Positions 62,068 to 64,000 of a DNA stretch of 64,000 nucleotides are shown one piece after another (positions within the stretch are counted from its first letter, which is position 1; every line of letters begins with the position of its first letter). The translations under genes and the position numbers were made by a program. The stretch covers positions 96,001 to 160,000 of the forward strand of contig JAZUQR010000027.1 in the NCBI GenBank assembly GCA_045605805.1, given 5' to 3'. This stretch comes from Alphaproteobacteria bacterium (GTDB lineage: Bacteria; Pseudomonadota; Alphaproteobacteria; CAAHEQ01; UBA3637). The notes below the pieces were generated by a model, which made no database searches, was not told where the DNA came from, and saw only the letters and a list, made by a program, of their open reading frames with translations.

Positions 62068-62682
62068 ATGAAAAAAATACTGTTATTCGGACTTTTATCT
62101 TGGAGTATTCCCATAAACGCACAAAACCTTTTTTGGTCTTTTGATGATAATCAACAGCCCTTAACAATTGCCCCAGAATGTGATGCCCGTTTTGATGAAG
62201 TGCGTGGCGGTGTGTACATGCCATCTGTGGAAGATGTTTATCATTACGGTTCTATTTTTTTAGAAAACCAATCTTATGAAATTAAACGACAAGCCCCATA
62301 TTGTTTTTTGATTGCAGCCTTTAATGGCCATGTGGATGCCCAATTTAAGCTGGCACAAATGTATAATAAAGGCGATGTCTTGCCACAAGATGATTTAAGT
62401 GCCTATAAGTGGGCGTTCATTGCGGCCTTAAACGGCAAAAAAGAAGCCGAAGATTTTGTTTTAACTTTGGAACAATTTATCACAACCGATGATTTGGAAA
62501 TCACAAACGAAGCCATCCAATCCACTCGCACAAAAATCCAGCAGAACATGGAAGCACAACTGGTGGCTTTAACAGCAGAAAATCAGCAATATCAATCCAA
62601 GCAAGAAACGCTAAGCAATCTCAAAATACCAACACCCACACCTGTGACAAATATCTTTAACAATCAGGATCACTTTGAATGA
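62068..62682 (+). CDS. Exported Sel1-repeat protein
   Basis: Signal peptide; GHVDAQFKLAQMYNKGDVLPQD..AYKW. Confidence 0.8.
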   Translation: MKKILLFGLLSWSIPINAQNLFWSFDDNQQPLTIAPECDARFDEVRGGVYMPSVEDVYHYGSIFLENQSYEIKRQAPYCFLIAAFNGHVDAQFKLAQMYNKGDVLPQDDLSAYKWAFIAALNGKKEAEDFVLTLEQFITTDDLEITNEAIQSTRTKIQQNMEAQLVALTAENQQYQSKQETLSNLKIPTPTPVTNIFNNQDHFE

Positions 62683-63020
62683 AAAAAAGCCTTTTAATTT
62701 TCTTGCTTTTTTTTGCCCTAACAACACAGGCCAAGTTTATTCAAGGCACCGACATTCCGCTGATGGACAACTTTCAAATCAGCGAAAGTGAAAGTTTTTC
62801 GTTTGATACACCGGCCGGTCAAATTATGACCATCACCGCAACCACAACCTTATCCGAAAAAGAAATCTATAAGTTTTATCAAGAAAGCCTAACGGCATTG
62901 GGCTGGCAAAAAACATCTCCCACTGCTTTTAAGCGAGAACAAGATGTCCTCAACATTAAAATCACCCCACAAAAACAAAACATGCAAATCACAATTCAAC
63001 TGACATTTTCCAATAAATAA
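62679..63020 (+). CDS. Conserved exported hypothetical protein
   Basis: Signal peptide; DIPLM, FDTPAG, FY..SL..LGW. Confidence 0.7.
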   Translation: MKKSLLIFLLFFALTTQAKFIQGTDIPLMDNFQISESESFSFDTPAGQIMTITATTTLSEKEIYKFYQESLTALGWQKTSPTAFKREQDVLNIKITPQKQNMQITIQLTFSNK

Positions 63021-63028
63021 AAAAACTA

Positions 63029-63057
63029 TTGACTTTTTGATTTTATTTTGATACAAT
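63029..63057 (+). promoter_or_regulatory. Sigma70 promoter of rpsT
   Basis: TTGACT-N17-TACAAT. Confidence 0.7.
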
Positions 63058-63102
63058 AAAGTCCTGTTATAACAAACCAATTACTTTAAGGATTAAAAAA
63101 AT

Positions 63103-63369
63103 ATGGCAAATTTACGTTCATCTAAGACCCGTGTTGGTCGCAATAAAAGAAGAGAAAAAGTGAACAAAGACCGTTTGGGTTCTGTTCGCACAGCCGTAAA
63201 ACAGACACGTGCTGCAATTGCTGCCGGCGATAAAGAAACAGCACAAAAAGCATTTGTAAAAGCCGAAGGATCTTTGGCTCGTGCTGCAAACAAACGCACC
63301 ATTAAAAAACGCACAGCTTCTCGTTTAACATCTCGTTTGGCTGCTGCTGTAAAAGCTCTTTTCAAGTAA
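63103..63369 (+). CDS. rpsT: 30S ribosomal protein S20
   Basis: MAN..SS, VRTAVK, ASRLTSRL; basic 88-aa protein. Confidence 0.93.
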   Translation: MANLRSSKTRVGRNKRREKVNKDRLGSVRTAVKQTRAAIAAGDKETAQKAFVKAEGSLARAANKRTIKKRTASRLTSRLAAAVKALFK

Positions 63370-63386
63370 GAAAAGTTGATAATTTC

Positions 63387-63416
63387 AAAAACCCGCCTCA
63401 AAAGGTGGGTTTTTTT
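63387..63416 (+). terminator. Intrinsic terminator after rpsT
   Basis: AAAAACCCGCCT-caaa-AGGTGGGTTTTTTT. Confidence 0.85.
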
Positions 63417-63493
63417 ATTGTTTTTTTAAGCGAAACACTTGACACAAGCACAAAAATCTGCTTTATTCAAAGCAAAGAACTGAAAGGAAAAAA

Positions 63494-64000
63494 ATGCATT
63501 CTAATTTATTTTTAAGAATTATCTCCTCAATCGTCTTTGTTCCTGTGGTTTTGGGGGCAATCTGGTATGGCCGTGGAGCTTATGAAGAATACTCCATTCC
63601 ATTATTTTCCATTTTTCTGGCTTGCCTTGGGGCTGGATTGTCATGGGAATGGGATACAATGTTCAACAAAAAGAACACAACAAACGGCATTTTACTAACA
63701 CTCTTTGCAGTTTTAACTTTATTTTTAACCGAAGCCAAACCGGCCTTTGCCCTGTGGATGATTTTGGCCGGCACTACCGTTTTGTTTTATAAAACGAAGG
63801 GGAATCTTGCCTTTTCGCTTGGCACAGCATACATTTGTCTGCCTTTAACAGCACTCAGCTATCTGTACCACACAAACGGACATGTCAGCCGTGAAATTGT
63901 GTTGTGGTTATTTTTTGTGGTCTGGGCAACAGATGTAGGCGGTTATGTGGTTGGCAAAACCATTGGCGGCCCGAAATTAGCCCCCAAAATAAGCCCCAAA
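63494..64000 (+). CDS. cdsA: Phosphatidate cytidylyltransferase (3'-truncated by the window edge; absent from the ORF track)
   Basis: My translation gives MHSNLFLRIISS...VVWATDVGGYVVGKTIGGPKLAPKISPK; AAGGA RBS. Confidence 0.92.
   Translation, partial: MHSNLFLRIISSIVFVPVVLGAIWYGRGAYEEYSIPLFSIFLACLGAGLSWEWDTMFNKKNTTNGILLTLFAVLTLFLTEAKPAFALWMILAGTTVLFYKTKGNLAFSLGTAYICLPLTALSYLYHTNGHVSREIVLWLFFVVWATDVGGYVVGKTIGGPKLAPKISPK

Noticed and set aside
1-64000. CRISPR arrays, IS elements, phase-variable tracts and the many 60-150 aa overlapping ORFs
   Set aside because: No spaced direct repeats or transposase motifs were seen; poly-A runs fit the base composition; the small ORFs are shadows of well-supported genes.

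Overview
A 64-kb chromosomal segment from an AT-rich alphaproteobacterium. The assignment rests on MipZ, the zauP-zapA pair, DUF1150, an alpha-type LptF and a CtrA-type box. The gene losses and the G|RTMLE-type pilin suggest a reduced, host-associated lineage such as an RF32-like gut clade, but this is inference. The window holds about 65 mostly housekeeping genes, including the dcw cluster (rsmH to ftsZ), dnaA, uvrA, lepA, htpG, rpoH and radA, plus two tRNA-Ser genes. I saw no prophage, transposase or CRISPR array. Main oddities: (1) one uninterrupted 1077-aa ORF fuses the inner-membrane LPS permease LptF to the outer-membrane barrel LptD through an internal signal-peptide-like segment, with no lptG, suggesting a cleavable trans-envelope polyprotein; (2) tRNA-Ser(CGA) is flanked by a degenerate 5'-half copy carrying a 33-nt mini-hairpin insert in the anticodon loop and by an inverted copy of its T-arm; (3) a 762-aa type IV pilin carries a discoidin-like domain and Cys-Cys repeats I do not recognise; (4) a Tpt1/ART-like ORFan is coupled to lepA; (5) ten co-oriented perfect DnaA boxes lie inside genes; (6) there is a MurE-MurF fusion, a two-domain ThyX and a Bsr-like deaminase in the usual purF slot, and several genes are missing from their usual positions (aroB, ssrS/ygfA, murD, mraZ, dnaN). 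All calls come from motif recognition by eye, with no database search.
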